Origin: Mycolicibacterium smegmatis
GTDB taxonomy: Bacteria > Actinomycetota > Actinomycetes > Mycobacteriales > Mycobacteriaceae
Direction: 5' to 3'
Length of the DNA: 32,000 nt
Assembly: GCF_001457595.1 (NCBI RefSeq)
Contig: NZ_LN831039.1
Span: forward strand, 2,400,001-2,432,000
The notes under the pieces are model-generated. The model ran no database searches. It had not been told where the DNA came from and saw only the letters and a program-made list of their open reading frames with translations. Below, piece by piece: positions 1 to 10,628 of this stretch. The position numbers and the translations under genes are program-made. Positions within the stretch are counted from its first letter, which is position 1; the number at the start of each line of letters is the position of its first letter.

Positions 1-1
1 G

Positions 2-373
2 GCGTGGCGCACATTGTTCGCCGACGACGTCGTCGTCACCCTGGACATGGCGGTGTCGACAGGAGGCGCCGATCCCCAGACCGCACCGCCCCTACATGGG
101 TTCGACGAATTCCTCCCGGTGGTGTGGGGTGGCGTCGAGCATGCGGCGACGGTGCACCACTGCCACACCCCGGAGATCGACCTCACCTCCGGTACGACGG
201 CATCGGGCATCTGGGCGATGGAGGACATGCTGTTCTTCCCCGACGGCAGCGAGTTACACGGCGCGGGCCACTACCACGAGACCTACGAAAAACGTGACAG
301 CACATGGGTGATCACCAGCCTGCACCTGACCCGGACGCTCCTGAAGTTCAAAGCTGCCCAGCGCGACACCTGA
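2..373 (+). CDS. SnoaL-like / nuclear transport factor 2-like family protein, 5' truncated by window edge
   Basis: The open frame continues through the window start (AWRTLFADDVVVTLDMA...) and ends at a TGA at 373. The Trp-rich and His-rich pattern (HHCHTPEIDLTSGTTASGIWAMEDMLFF...GAGHYHETYEKRDSTWVITSLHLTRT) is typical of SnoaL-like polyketide cyclase-fold proteins. Confidence 0.75.
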   Translation, partial: AWRTLFADDVVVTLDMAVSTGGADPQTAPPLHGFDEFLPVVWGGVEHAATVHHCHTPEIDLTSGTTASGIWAMEDMLFFPDGSELHGAGHYHETYEKRDSTWVITSLHLTRTLLKFKAAQRDT

Positions 374-375
374 AA

Positions 376-1038
376 TCAGCTGAGAAATACCGGAACCCGC
401 GCATCACTCGTGACAAGGTCCGCCTCTTCCGCAGGTGTCGGCGGCCGGCGTCCGGTGCCGACCAGAAGCGCGTCGGCATCAGGCCACGAGGCGGGAAGTG
501 GTGAGCCCGCTATCGATTCCAACAGCTTTCGGGAGAAGGCCAGCCCTTCGGCCGGCGGCGGCGCCGTGTCGGGAAGGTGCGCGATCAGGTCGAGATGGTG
601 CAGCGTCCACTCGAGCACGTAGGCGCCGAGATAGTCGCGGACCGTCAGCACCTGACCTCGAGTGCCGACCCGCGCCTCGGGGTCGGCGAGTGCGGCGGCC
701 CGTCCGGCTGCCGAGCCGACGTCGTCGAGATGGAACTTCAGCAACGACGGGTCACCGTAGGCCGCCGCGAGCCGCACGGTCAGCGCGCTGAGTGGGTCCA
801 CCGGGTCGTCGGGGGGCAGTGCCTCGGCGACCTCCCAATAGGTCACGGCATTCCGCGTGGGCGGCGAGTCGTCGGGCGTGGCGAGGGTGATGAGGACGTC
901 CTGAGCGTCGATGATCAGGTGGCACACCAGGTCACGGATCAGCCAGCCTGCACAGCCGGACGGCCTGTCGAACTGTTGATCGTCGAGGCCGGCGACAGCC
1001 GCACGCAGCGCCGCCCAACAACCGCCGAACCGATCCAC
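376..1038 (-). CDS. Maleylpyruvate isomerase / DinB-like mycothiol-dependent family protein
   Basis: 220-aa ORF with the N-terminal pattern 'W..L....GLDDQQFDRPSGCAGWLIRDLVCHLIIDAQDVL' and a later 'LEWTLHHLDLIAHLP', typical of MDMPI_N/DinB four-helix proteins. Confidence 0.75.
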   Translation of the reverse strand: MDRFGGCWAALRAAVAGLDDQQFDRPSGCAGWLIRDLVCHLIIDAQDVLITLATPDDSPPTRNAVTYWEVAEALPPDDPVDPLSALTVRLAAAYGDPSLLKFHLDDVGSAAGRAAALADPEARVGTRGQVLTVRDYLGAYVLEWTLHHLDLIAHLPDTAPPPAEGLAFSRKLLESIAGSPLPASWPDADALLVGTGRRPPTPAEEADLVTSDARVPVFLS

Positions 1039-1187
1039 ACTCCGAACGTAGCAGCGGGTCCATGGTGTACTCCATCGTCACGCTGCCCACGCGTGCCCGG
1101 AACCGATGTTTTCACCGATTCAGCCAGTCGTACTGTAAACGCTACCGTAGCATCCGTTGCTGACCGGCCCGAGCGGATGGAGCAGCA

Positions 1188-2207
1188 ATGGATCGTCGTC
1201 GCAAGGTGCTCGTGATGGGTGCGAGCGGCAACGTCGGCGCCTGCGTCACCCGGCAACTCGTCGAACGCGGCGACGACGTGCGTGTGCTGCTGCGCCGCAA
1301 CAGCTCGACCAAGGGCATCGACGGGCTCGACGTCGAGCGCCACTACGGCGACATCTTCGACACCGGCGCGGTGGCCGCGGCGGTGGCCGACCGCGACGTG
1401 GTGTTCTACTGCGTCGTCGACACCCGCGCGCATCTTGCCGCCCCCGCGCCGTTGTTCAGGACCAACGTCGAGGGACTGCGCAACGTCCTCGAGGTCGCCG
1501 ACCATGTCGACCTCCACCGCTTCGTCTTCCTCAGCACCATCGGGACCATCGCGGTGGGACGCAACGGTGAAGCCGTCGACGAGGACACCCCGTTCAACTG
1601 GGCAGGCATCGGCGGGCCCTACATCGAATCACGCCGCAAGGCAGAGGAACTGGTGTTGTCCTACGCCGCGGAACGCGGGTTCCCGGCGGTGGTGATGAAC
1701 GTGTCCAACCCCTACGGGCCGCCGGACTGGCAGCCACGGCAGGGTGCGCTGGTCGCGATGGCGGCCTTCGGGAAGTTGCCCGTGTACATCCGTGGTGTCG
1801 GAGCCGAGGTGGTCGGGATCGATGACGCGGCCCGCGCGCTGATCCTCGCGGCCGAACACGGCCGGATCGGCGAACGCTACATCGTCTCGGAACGCTACAT
1901 GTCCCAGCAGGAGATGCTCACGGTCGCGGCCGAGGCGGTCGGCGCGCGGCCACCCAGAATCGGAATCCCGATGGCCGCGGTGTATGCGTTCGGATCTTTG
2001 GCCGGCCTGTCGAACCGGTTGTTCCGCACGGACTTTCCGATCAATCTCACCGCGGCCCGGCTGATGTGGTGGACCTCGCCCGCCGATCACAGCAAGGCGA
2101 CGCGCGAACTGGGGTGGAAGCCCGCGCCGACCGCCGACGCGATCGCCCGCGCCGCGCAGTTCTACGTCGAACGCAAGAACAACAACGAAAAGGTCATCTC
2201 GTTGTGA
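1188..2207 (+). CDS. NAD-dependent epimerase/dehydratase (extended SDR, dihydroflavonol reductase-like)
   Basis: 339 aa. Rossmann motif 'VLVMGASGNVGACVTRQLVERGDDVRVLLR' and downstream 'GPYIESRRKAEELVL...NVSNPYGPPDW'. Confidence 0.85.
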   Translation: MDRRRKVLVMGASGNVGACVTRQLVERGDDVRVLLRRNSSTKGIDGLDVERHYGDIFDTGAVAAAVADRDVVFYCVVDTRAHLAAPAPLFRTNVEGLRNVLEVADHVDLHRFVFLSTIGTIAVGRNGEAVDEDTPFNWAGIGGPYIESRRKAEELVLSYAAERGFPAVVMNVSNPYGPPDWQPRQGALVAMAAFGKLPVYIRGVGAEVVGIDDAARALILAAEHGRIGERYIVSERYMSQQEMLTVAAEAVGARPPRIGIPMAAVYAFGSLAGLSNRLFRTDFPINLTAARLMWWTSPADHSKATRELGWKPAPTADAIARAAQFYVERKNNNEKVISL

Positions 2208-2290
2208 ATTCCCGGCTGTTCAACAGCCACCGGGTCGTCGCCGGCTGCGTCACCGAATGTGGAATTGTGGTCACGAACGAGGAGTTTGAC

Positions 2291-3334
2291 ATGAGCGAAC
2301 ACGCACTCGATGAACTGGGCTACTACCTGCTGGCCGGCGCGGGCGGCGAGGGACCGGCCACGCTGATGGACGAGGCACGCCGCGGCGAGGAACTCGGTTT
2401 CGGCACCGCGTTCATCTCGGAACGATGGAACGTCAAGGAGGCGTCGTCGCTGGTCGGCGCGGCATGCGCGGTGACCACCCGCATGCAGATCGCCACGGCC
2501 GCAACCAACCACAACACGCGGCATCCGCTGATCACCGGATCGTGGGCGACCACCATGCACCGGCTCTCGGGCGGCCGGTTCACGCTCGGCATCGGCCGTG
2601 GCATCGCCGCGATGTACGGCGCTTTCGGGATACCGTCGGTCACCACCGCGCAGATGGAGGACTTCGCGCAGGTCATGCGCCGGCTGTGGCAGGGCGAGGT
2701 GATCTTCAACCACGACGGCCCGATCGGCAATTACCAGGTGCTCTTCCTCGACCCGGATTTCCGCGAGGACATCCGGTTGGCGATCGTCGCGTTCGGCCCG
2801 CAGACCCTCGCGCTCGGTGGGCGGGAATTCGACGACGTCATCCTGCACACCTACTTCACCCCCGAGACGCTGCAGCGTGCCGTCAAGACCGTCAAAACCG
2901 CAGCCGAGCAGGCAGGCCGCGATCCCGGCAGTGTCCGCGTGTGGTCATGTTTCGCCACGGTGGGCGATCACCTGCCAGAAGAGTTGCGCCTGAAGAAGAC
3001 CGTCGCGCGGCTCGCCACCTACCTGCAGGGTTACGGTGACCTGCTGGTCAACACCAATGGCTGGGATCCCGCTGTGCTGAAACGCTTCCGCGACGACAAA
3101 GTGGTGCAGTCGATCCCGGGCGGCATCGACCACAAGGCCACCGCCGAGCAGATCGAGCACATCGCGGCCCTGATCCCTGACGAGTGGCTCGAACCGTCGG
3201 CCACCGGATCGGCGCAGCAGTGTGTCGCCCGGATCCGCAAGGAATTCGACTACGGCGCCGACGCGGTGATCATGCACGGCGCGACGCCGGACGAACTCGA
3301 GCCGATCGTCGCGGAGTACCGGGCGACCCGCTAG
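2291..3334 (+). CDS. LLM-class flavin-/F420-dependent oxidoreductase (TIGR03857-like)
   Basis: 347 aa from ATG 2291 (MSEHALDELGYYLLAGAG...); 'LSGGRFTLGIGRG' is characteristic of luciferase-like F420-dependent enzymes. Confidence 0.82.
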   Translation: MSEHALDELGYYLLAGAGGEGPATLMDEARRGEELGFGTAFISERWNVKEASSLVGAACAVTTRMQIATAATNHNTRHPLITGSWATTMHRLSGGRFTLGIGRGIAAMYGAFGIPSVTTAQMEDFAQVMRRLWQGEVIFNHDGPIGNYQVLFLDPDFREDIRLAIVAFGPQTLALGGREFDDVILHTYFTPETLQRAVKTVKTAAEQAGRDPGSVRVWSCFATVGDHLPEELRLKKTVARLATYLQGYGDLLVNTNGWDPAVLKRFRDDKVVQSIPGGIDHKATAEQIEHIAALIPDEWLEPSATGSAQQCVARIRKEFDYGADAVIMHGATPDELEPIVAEYRATR

Positions 3335-5580
3335 GCGGCGTCCAGCGGGATCCGCACCGACAGCGTGGTTCCCGCGCCGGGCGGGCTGCTGACCTCCAAC
3401 CGCCCGGACAGTGCCTCGACCCGGTCCTTGAGGCCGATCAAACCCGATCCACCGCCCGAGACCGCACCGCCGATGCCGTCGTCGCTGACCGACACCGCGA
3501 GTTCGTCGCCGTCGGCCGCGGCGCGGACGGCCACCTCGGACGCCGACGCGTGCTTGGCGGCGTTGGTCAGCGCCTCCGCGACCACGTAATACGCGGCCAC
3601 CTCGACGGATTCGGGCAGCCGGTGACCGACGTCGATGTCGAGGACCACGGGCACCGAGGAGCGTCGCGCCAAGGTCCGCAGCGCGGGACCGAGCCCGCCT
3701 TTCGACAGGATCGCGGGGTGGATGCCGCGCGACAGTTCCTGCAGGTCCGCGTACAACCCGGCCAAACCGTCGACCACATGCGACATCTGGTCCTGAAGCG
3801 CGGTGTTCTCGTCGGGCACCGACGCCTGCACCGCGCGCAGCTCGAGCCCGAGCGAGACGATGCGTTGCTGCGCCCCGTCGTGCAGATCCCGCTCGAAACG
3901 GCGACGCGCCTGATCGGCTGCGGCGACGATACGCGCACGCGACGCGGTGATCTCGGCGCGGGACTCGGCGTTGAAGATCGCCGTCGACACCAGATCGGCG
4001 AAGTCGCCGACGCGTTCCTCGGTGCCTGGCGGCAAAGGCTCGTCGCCTGACGTGCCGGCGATCAGCGCACCCCAGGTGTGCCCGTCGACGATGATCGGCG
4101 CTGCGACTCCGGCCCGGACGCCGAATCCTCTCAGCCGCATCGCGATTTCGCTGTCGAGCCCGGCGTAGGAATCGATGCGTGCCGGTGCTCCGGTGCGCAG
4201 GATCCGGACCGCGAGGCTGTCGCCTTCGAGCGGGACCTTGTCGCCGACCTGCAATCGCTCGACAGACTCGGTGTCCAGCGCCGCGACCACGACGGCTGTC
4301 GACTCGGACTCGTAGCGCAGCAGCGTCGAATGGCTCACGCCGATACCGACACTCAGTTCGCCGACCGCCAACGGATACACCTCGTCGGGCTTGGCGCCGC
4401 GCGCCACCTGCGTCGCCACGCGGCGCAGCGCGGTCTGCTGCGTCGCCAGCGCGCTCACCTCTTGGTGGCTCGCCTCGATCTGGCGCTGCGCCTCGCGGAG
4501 CCGATCCTGTTCGCGCCGTCGTTCAGTGACATCGCGTCCCGCTCCGAACAGCAGACCGTGATCGGAGACGACGCTCCATTGGAACCATCGCGTCTCGCCG
4601 TCGTTGCGGATACACCGGTTCTCGAACTGGACCTCACGGTGATCGGTCCGCAACTCCTCGAGGGCCAGCCTTGTGTTGTCGCGGTCGTCGGGATGCACCA
4701 GGTCCATGAACGGCCGCTGGGCCAGCTCGGTGGCGGTGAAGCCCAGGGTGCGCGTGAACGCCGGATTGACCCGCGTCAGCGTGTGGTGATCGCTGATGAA
4801 CAGCGACTCCGAGGCGACATCGAAGAACCGTTCGAGTTCCTTGCGGCTGGTCTCCAGCTCCGCGGTGATGTGCTCGCGGTCCATCGCCGCGGTCAGCAGG
4901 GCCTCGATCGCGGGAACCATACGCTGCCACCGCCGCAGTGTGTTGAGGGGGAGTTGCGCGGGCACCAGCAGCGTGCCGATGCGTTCGTCACCGCTGCGCA
5001 GCGGGATCGCGTGATGGTCCCCGTCGGGTTCGAGCCGCCCCGTCGTGAGCGTCACCTCGGGGACGTCGAGCACCCGGGCCATGCGTTGTCCGGCCCGTTC
5101 CAGGGCGTGCGGCAGGTCACCGGCGCCGAGCATGAGTCGAGCCAGTTCGGCCGAGAGGTCCGCTTCGCGCCTGCGTTGCTCGGCTTCCTGGGTCTGCGAT
5201 CGCGCCTGGCCTGCCAGCAGGTTGGTCAGCAGCGCGATCGGGAGGAACACGAACATCGCCGGTGCCAGGCTGTCGGCACCCTCGAGATGGATGTAGATGT
5301 AGGCGAGCGTGCTGGCCAGCGACGTCGCGACCGCCAGCGGCATGCTCCAGCCGGCCGAGACCACCAGGACGCCCATCAGGAAGATCGCGCCGAACGCATT
5401 CTCCGGGGCGACTCGTTTGAACAGGTGGACCAAGACGATCTCGGCGACGATGAAGGCGGTGGCGACAACGATGCCCCAATGCACAGGGCGCGGGGCTGGA
5501 CGCACGACAAAGGCCAGCAGCCTCGCCACGAACGATGCCAGGCGGCCGTCTGCGACAGACGTGTCAGCAGTTCCGGGCAC
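3331..5580 (-). CDS. Membrane sensor histidine kinase with PAS and GAF domains and a HisKA_3/HATPase module (NarL/DesK type)
   Basis: 749 aa. N-terminal hydrophobic segments, PAS region 'FFDVASESLFISDHHTLTRVNPAFTRTLGFTATEL', GAF-like region, HisKA_3 'RRFERDLHDGAQQRIVSLGLELRAVQ', and N/G boxes 'VVAEALTNAAKHA', 'VSDDGIGG', 'GLIGLKDRVEALSGRLEVSSPPGAGTTLSVRIP'. Confidence 0.9.
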   Translation of the reverse strand: MPGTADTSVADGRLASFVARLLAFVVRPAPRPVHWGIVVATAFIVAEIVLVHLFKRVAPENAFGAIFLMGVLVVSAGWSMPLAVATSLASTLAYIYIHLEGADSLAPAMFVFLPIALLTNLLAGQARSQTQEAEQRRREADLSAELARLMLGAGDLPHALERAGQRMARVLDVPEVTLTTGRLEPDGDHHAIPLRSGDERIGTLLVPAQLPLNTLRRWQRMVPAIEALLTAAMDREHITAELETSRKELERFFDVASESLFISDHHTLTRVNPAFTRTLGFTATELAQRPFMDLVHPDDRDNTRLALEELRTDHREVQFENRCIRNDGETRWFQWSVVSDHGLLFGAGRDVTERRREQDRLREAQRQIEASHQEVSALATQQTALRRVATQVARGAKPDEVYPLAVGELSVGIGVSHSTLLRYESESTAVVVAALDTESVERLQVGDKVPLEGDSLAVRILRTGAPARIDSYAGLDSEIAMRLRGFGVRAGVAAPIIVDGHTWGALIAGTSGDEPLPPGTEERVGDFADLVSTAIFNAESRAEITASRARIVAAADQARRRFERDLHDGAQQRIVSLGLELRAVQASVPDENTALQDQMSHVVDGLAGLYADLQELSRGIHPAILSKGGLGPALRTLARRSSVPVVLDIDVGHRLPESVEVAAYYVVAEALTNAAKHASASEVAVRAAADGDELAVSVSDDGIGGAVSGGGSGLIGLKDRVEALSGRLEVSSPPGAGTTLSVRIPLDAA

Positions 5581-5679
5581 GGGCCGATGGTAGTCGGGAA
5601 ACAGTCAGAATGTTCCGGCTAACGGTAGTGCCGGGCGCTGGGCGATCTGCCAAGCTCGAAGGATGTCCGGGCAGAGAGG

Positions 5680-6036
5680 ATGCCGATGCATTGTCTGATC
5701 GTCGATGACAGCGCGCAGTTCCGCGCTGCCGCGAGTGGGATGCTCGAACGTGCGGGCATCACCGTTGACCTGGCATGCAACGGAGCCGAGGCATTGCAGT
5801 GCTACCGCACCCGCCCGCCGGACGTCACCCTCGTCGACGTCGACCTGGGACCCGAGAGCGGGTTCGACGTCGCCGAGCAGCTGCATCACAGCGAGCCGGC
5901 AGGTATCCCCGTCATCATGATCTCGACGCACAGCGAGCTGGACCTCGCCGAGATGATCGCCGACAGCTCGGCCGTCGGCTTCCTGCCCAAGTTCGCGCTG
6001 TCCCCGGCGGCCATCAAGGAACTGCTCGACACGTGA
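5680..6036 (+). CDS. Stand-alone response-regulator receiver domain protein
   Basis: 118 aa. CheY-like receiver: 'CLIVDDS', phosphoacceptor region 'DVTLVDVDLG', 'VIMISTH' and 'GFLPK'. No DNA-binding domain follows. Confidence 0.85.
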   Translation: MPMHCLIVDDSAQFRAAASGMLERAGITVDLACNGAEALQCYRTRPPDVTLVDVDLGPESGFDVAEQLHHSEPAGIPVIMISTHSELDLAEMIADSSAVGFLPKFALSPAAIKELLDT

Positions 6037-6074
6037 TGGCCATGCTCTGGATTTCCCTGCCCCTTTCACCATAA

Positions 6075-7589
<1,515 letters not shown>

Positions 7590-7665
7590 AGCGGAGAGCG
7601 CCCTAGGCCCGGAGCGCGCCGTAAATCGTCGAGCTCAAAGAGCACAATGCGCACAGTCGGCGGGT

Positions 7666-7759
7666 GCGAGCGTGCGTGACGTGCTGAGGATTTGCGGTGT
7701 GTCGAGAGGCAGACCCGCACGCTCGCGGTGCTGAGGTGGGGCGGGGTGCTGAGGTGGGG
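7666..7759. repeat. Intergenic inverted repeat plus short direct repeats
   Basis: GCGAGCGTGCG at 7666-7676 is the exact reverse complement of CGCACGCTCGC at 7716-7726. The 15-mer GGTGCTGAGGTGGGG occurs at 7727-7741 and again at 7745-7759. Confidence 0.55.
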
Positions 7760-7895
7760 TGCTCCGGGGGTGGGGGCTAACGGGAATCGAGGTATCCCGC
7801 CAGCGTGAGGGGTGAATGGCGGTCAGCATTGACGACGCGAGAGGGCCGATCGGCGAGGCTTCTTGGCAACACGCTTCACGCAGAGGAGACCCCGC

Positions 7896-8942
7896 ATGAC
7901 CACGTCCCTGAGCCACAGCATCCATGCCACGTCGCTGCTCGACAGTGAACTCGTCGAAGAGAACGACCTGGGTTCGATCCGCCGCGTCACCGCCGACAAC
8001 TTCCCGATCCTGCGGGGGCTGTCCATCAAACGCCTCGTGATCAATCCGGGCGCCATGCGCACACCGCACTGGCACGCCAACGCCAACGAACTCACCTACT
8101 GCGTGTCGGGCAGCGCCCTGGTGTCGGTGCTCGACACCGCCAGCCGGTTCTCCACGTTCACCGTCAGCGCGGGCGAGATGTTTCACGTCGACTCCGGATC
8201 GCTGCACCACATCGAGAACATCGGCACCGAACCGGCCGAGTTCATCATCACGTTCCGCAACGAACGCCCCGAGGATTTCGGCCTCGGTGCGGCTTTCGGT
8301 GCGATGACCGACGCAGTGCTCGGCAACACCTACGACCTCGACGCCTCGGATTTCGCCGCGCTGCGTCGCGACACCACCGACCGCGCCCTCGCCGCGCGCC
8401 GCGGCGACCCTGTCATCCCGCAGGCGGCCCACTTCGGTGACCCGCACAAGTTCGGGGTGGAGGCCATGACACCTCCGGTGGCCTCGGCCGTCGGGTCGGC
8501 CCGCACCGCACGTGTGCAGTTCTGGCCCGCGCTCAAAGACCTCTCGATGTACTCGCTGCGCGTGCGTGAGGACGGCATGCGCGAGCCGCACTGGCATCCC
8601 GTGACCGCCGAGATGGGTTATGTGCAAAGCGGTTCGGCGCGGATGACCGTGATGGACCCGGACGGCACCCTCGACACGTGGGAGTTGCAGCGCGGCGACG
8701 TGTACTTCATCCCGCGCGCCTACCCGCACCACATCGAGGTTGTGCACGCACCCGATTTGCACTTCCTGATCTTCTTCGACCAGCCCACCCCCGCCGACGT
8801 GGGATACCGCACCTCGGTGAGCGCCTACTCGCGCGAGGTGCTCGCCGCCACGTTCGACACCCACATCGACGATCTGCCCGATTTCCCGCTCACCACGGCC
8901 GACCCGCTCATCGTCGGCCGGCGCAACCCGCTGGACCGCTGA
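7896..8942 (+). CDS. Bicupin, oxalate-decarboxylase-like protein
   Basis: 348 aa from ATG 7896. Two cupin motifs: 'PGAMRTPHWHANANELTYCVSGSALV...GEMFHVDSGSLHHIENIG' and 'EDGMREPHWHPVTAEMGYVQSGSARM...GDVYFIPRAYPHHIEVV'. Confidence 0.88.
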   Translation: MTTSLSHSIHATSLLDSELVEENDLGSIRRVTADNFPILRGLSIKRLVINPGAMRTPHWHANANELTYCVSGSALVSVLDTASRFSTFTVSAGEMFHVDSGSLHHIENIGTEPAEFIITFRNERPEDFGLGAAFGAMTDAVLGNTYDLDASDFAALRRDTTDRALAARRGDPVIPQAAHFGDPHKFGVEAMTPPVASAVGSARTARVQFWPALKDLSMYSLRVREDGMREPHWHPVTAEMGYVQSGSARMTVMDPDGTLDTWELQRGDVYFIPRAYPHHIEVVHAPDLHFLIFFDQPTPADVGYRTSVSAYSREVLAATFDTHIDDLPDFPLTTADPLIVGRRNPLDR

Positions 8943-8971
8943 GCGGCAACGGTTTTTCGGATCGCGCCGCC

Positions 8972-10471
8972 TCACGGCATGATCATGGTGCGGGAGACCG
9001 GCTCGGCCGGGGCCTGCCTGCTGTAGAGGCCCTGGTGCAGTGCCACCAGCAGCGCGTTGCGGGTCTCCTCGGGTGCGATCAACTCGTCGAACCCGAGGTG
9101 ACCCGCGGACCGGTAGGACGCCTCCAGCTCCATCGTCTTGAGCACCTCGGCAACGTCCTCACCGGCGTGCGCGGCGCGGCTGAGCGCGGCGGCGCCCATC
9201 GCGCCCATGGTCGCGCCGGGATAGGCGAACGTCGCGACCTGATCGTCGAAGCCCAACAGCGACATCACCATCGAGCCGAAGCCGAACGCCTTGCGCAGCG
9301 TGACGTGCATCTTCAGCGTCGTCGCCGCGGTCTGCGCGGCGAACATCCGCGCCCCGCTGCGCAGTACACCGGCCCGCTCCGAACGGCTGCCCGGCAGCAT
9401 GCCCGGGTTGTCGGCGAGGAACACGATGGGCAAATGGAACGAATCGGCGACGGTGATGAAATGTGCTGCCTTGTCGGCCGCGTCGGCGTCGATGGACCCG
9501 GCGAGCACCTGCGGCTGATTGGCGACCACCGCCACCGGGTGGCCGCCCAGATGTGCGAGTGCGCAGATGATGGCGCGGCCGAACTTGGGCTGCACCTCGA
9601 ACCAGTCGGTGCGGTCGAACACCACGTCGAGCACCTTGCGCATGTCGTAGATGCGCCGGTTGTCCCGCGAGACGATGTCGAGCAGTTCCGGTGTGGCCCG
9701 CGGTTCGACCGATTCGTCGATCTCGGCGGCCGGGGGATAGGACCACGCGCTCGCCGGGAAATACGACAGATACCGGCGGATGTCGTCGAGCACGGCTTCG
9801 TCGCTGTCGGCGAGATTGTGGATCACACCGCTCGCAAGTGCCACGTCCGGACCGCCGAGGTCCTCCTTCGAGATCTCCTCTCCGATGGACTCTTTCACCA
9901 CGGGCGGGCCCGCGGTGAAGATCGCGCCGTGCGGGCTCATGATGGTGAAGTCACACACCGGGGCGACCAGCGCGCCGTGCCCGGCCGAGGCACCCATGAT
10001 CGCCGAGACCGTGGGGACCTTGCCCGAACACCGGGCCTGGGCAAGCAGATCGGTGGGCGTGCGGCCGTAGTGTTCGCCCGCCGCGGCGCGGAAGCCGGCG
10101 CCCTCCAGCAGCATCACCAGCGGAATCTTGCTGCGCAGTGCCAGTTCCGCGAGCCGGTAGCGCTTGGCGTTGCCGCCGGGGCCGATGCTGCCCGCGTAGG
10201 TGGTGAAGTCTTCGGCGCCGACCATCACCGGGGTGCCGTTGACCAGGCCGGTGCCGGTCACGATGCCGTCGGAGGGGATGTCGCCGCCGACCAGGGTGCC
10301 GAACTCCTGGAAGGTGCCGGGGTCGAGCAGGTGGCCGATGCGGGCCCGGGCATCGAGCTTGCCCTTGGCGTGGTGCTTGGCCAGCCGTTCGGGACCGCCC
10401 ATGCCGTAGGAGTTCTGGCGCCTGCGGTCGAGGTCCTCCAGGGACTCCTTCCACTCAGGAGCATGCGTCAT
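8972..10471 (-). CDS. Acyl-CoA carboxylase carboxyltransferase (beta) subunit / carboxyl transferase domain protein
   Basis: 499 aa (MTHAPEWKESLEDLDRRRQNSYGMGGPERLAKHHAKGKLDARARI...). 'DFTTYAGSIGPGGNAKRYRLAELA', 'GASAGHGALVAPVCDF' and 'GAMGAAALSRA' match the carboxyltransferase crotonase fold. Confidence 0.85.
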   Translation of the reverse strand: MTHAPEWKESLEDLDRRRQNSYGMGGPERLAKHHAKGKLDARARIGHLLDPGTFQEFGTLVGGDIPSDGIVTGTGLVNGTPVMVGAEDFTTYAGSIGPGGNAKRYRLAELALRSKIPLVMLLEGAGFRAAAGEHYGRTPTDLLAQARCSGKVPTVSAIMGASAGHGALVAPVCDFTIMSPHGAIFTAGPPVVKESIGEEISKEDLGGPDVALASGVIHNLADSDEAVLDDIRRYLSYFPASAWSYPPAAEIDESVEPRATPELLDIVSRDNRRIYDMRKVLDVVFDRTDWFEVQPKFGRAIICALAHLGGHPVAVVANQPQVLAGSIDADAADKAAHFITVADSFHLPIVFLADNPGMLPGSRSERAGVLRSGARMFAAQTAATTLKMHVTLRKAFGFGSMVMSLLGFDDQVATFAYPGATMGAMGAAALSRAAHAGEDVAEVLKTMELEASYRSAGHLGFDELIAPEETRNALLVALHQGLYSRQAPAEPVSRTMIMP

Positions 10472-10628
10472 GTCGGTCTCCCTCTCGAACCTGCGGTCGC
10501 CGTGCAGCCTATCGCCGTTGACCATACTGAATTGCTTACTGTAGCGTCGATGAGGTGGCTGGGTGGCGCATGATCGCGAGTTTCGGCAAAGGCTTTTCCG
10601 GTGCCCACAGCAGGGGCACGCGCAGGCC

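Noticed and set aside
4078-5622. 514-aa plus-strand ORF opposite the histidine kinase
   Set aside because: Shadow frame of a strongly supported HisKA_3 kinase, with no recognisable domain.
7681-7760. Possible CRISPR-like array from repeated GTGCTGAGG units
   Set aside because: Units are short, spacing is irregular (a few nt) and no spacer-repeat periodicity or cas gene is present.
7635-8975. 446-aa minus-strand ORF opposite the bicupin gene
   Set aside because: No domain signature and repeats of H/D/G/V typical of reverse-frame artefacts. The bicupin frame has two intact cupin motifs.
8678-10573. 631-aa plus-strand ORF opposite the carboxyltransferase gene
   Set aside because: Arg/Gly/Ala/His-rich low-complexity translation typical of a shadow ORF in high-GC DNA. 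The opposite strand encodes a clear carboxyltransferase.
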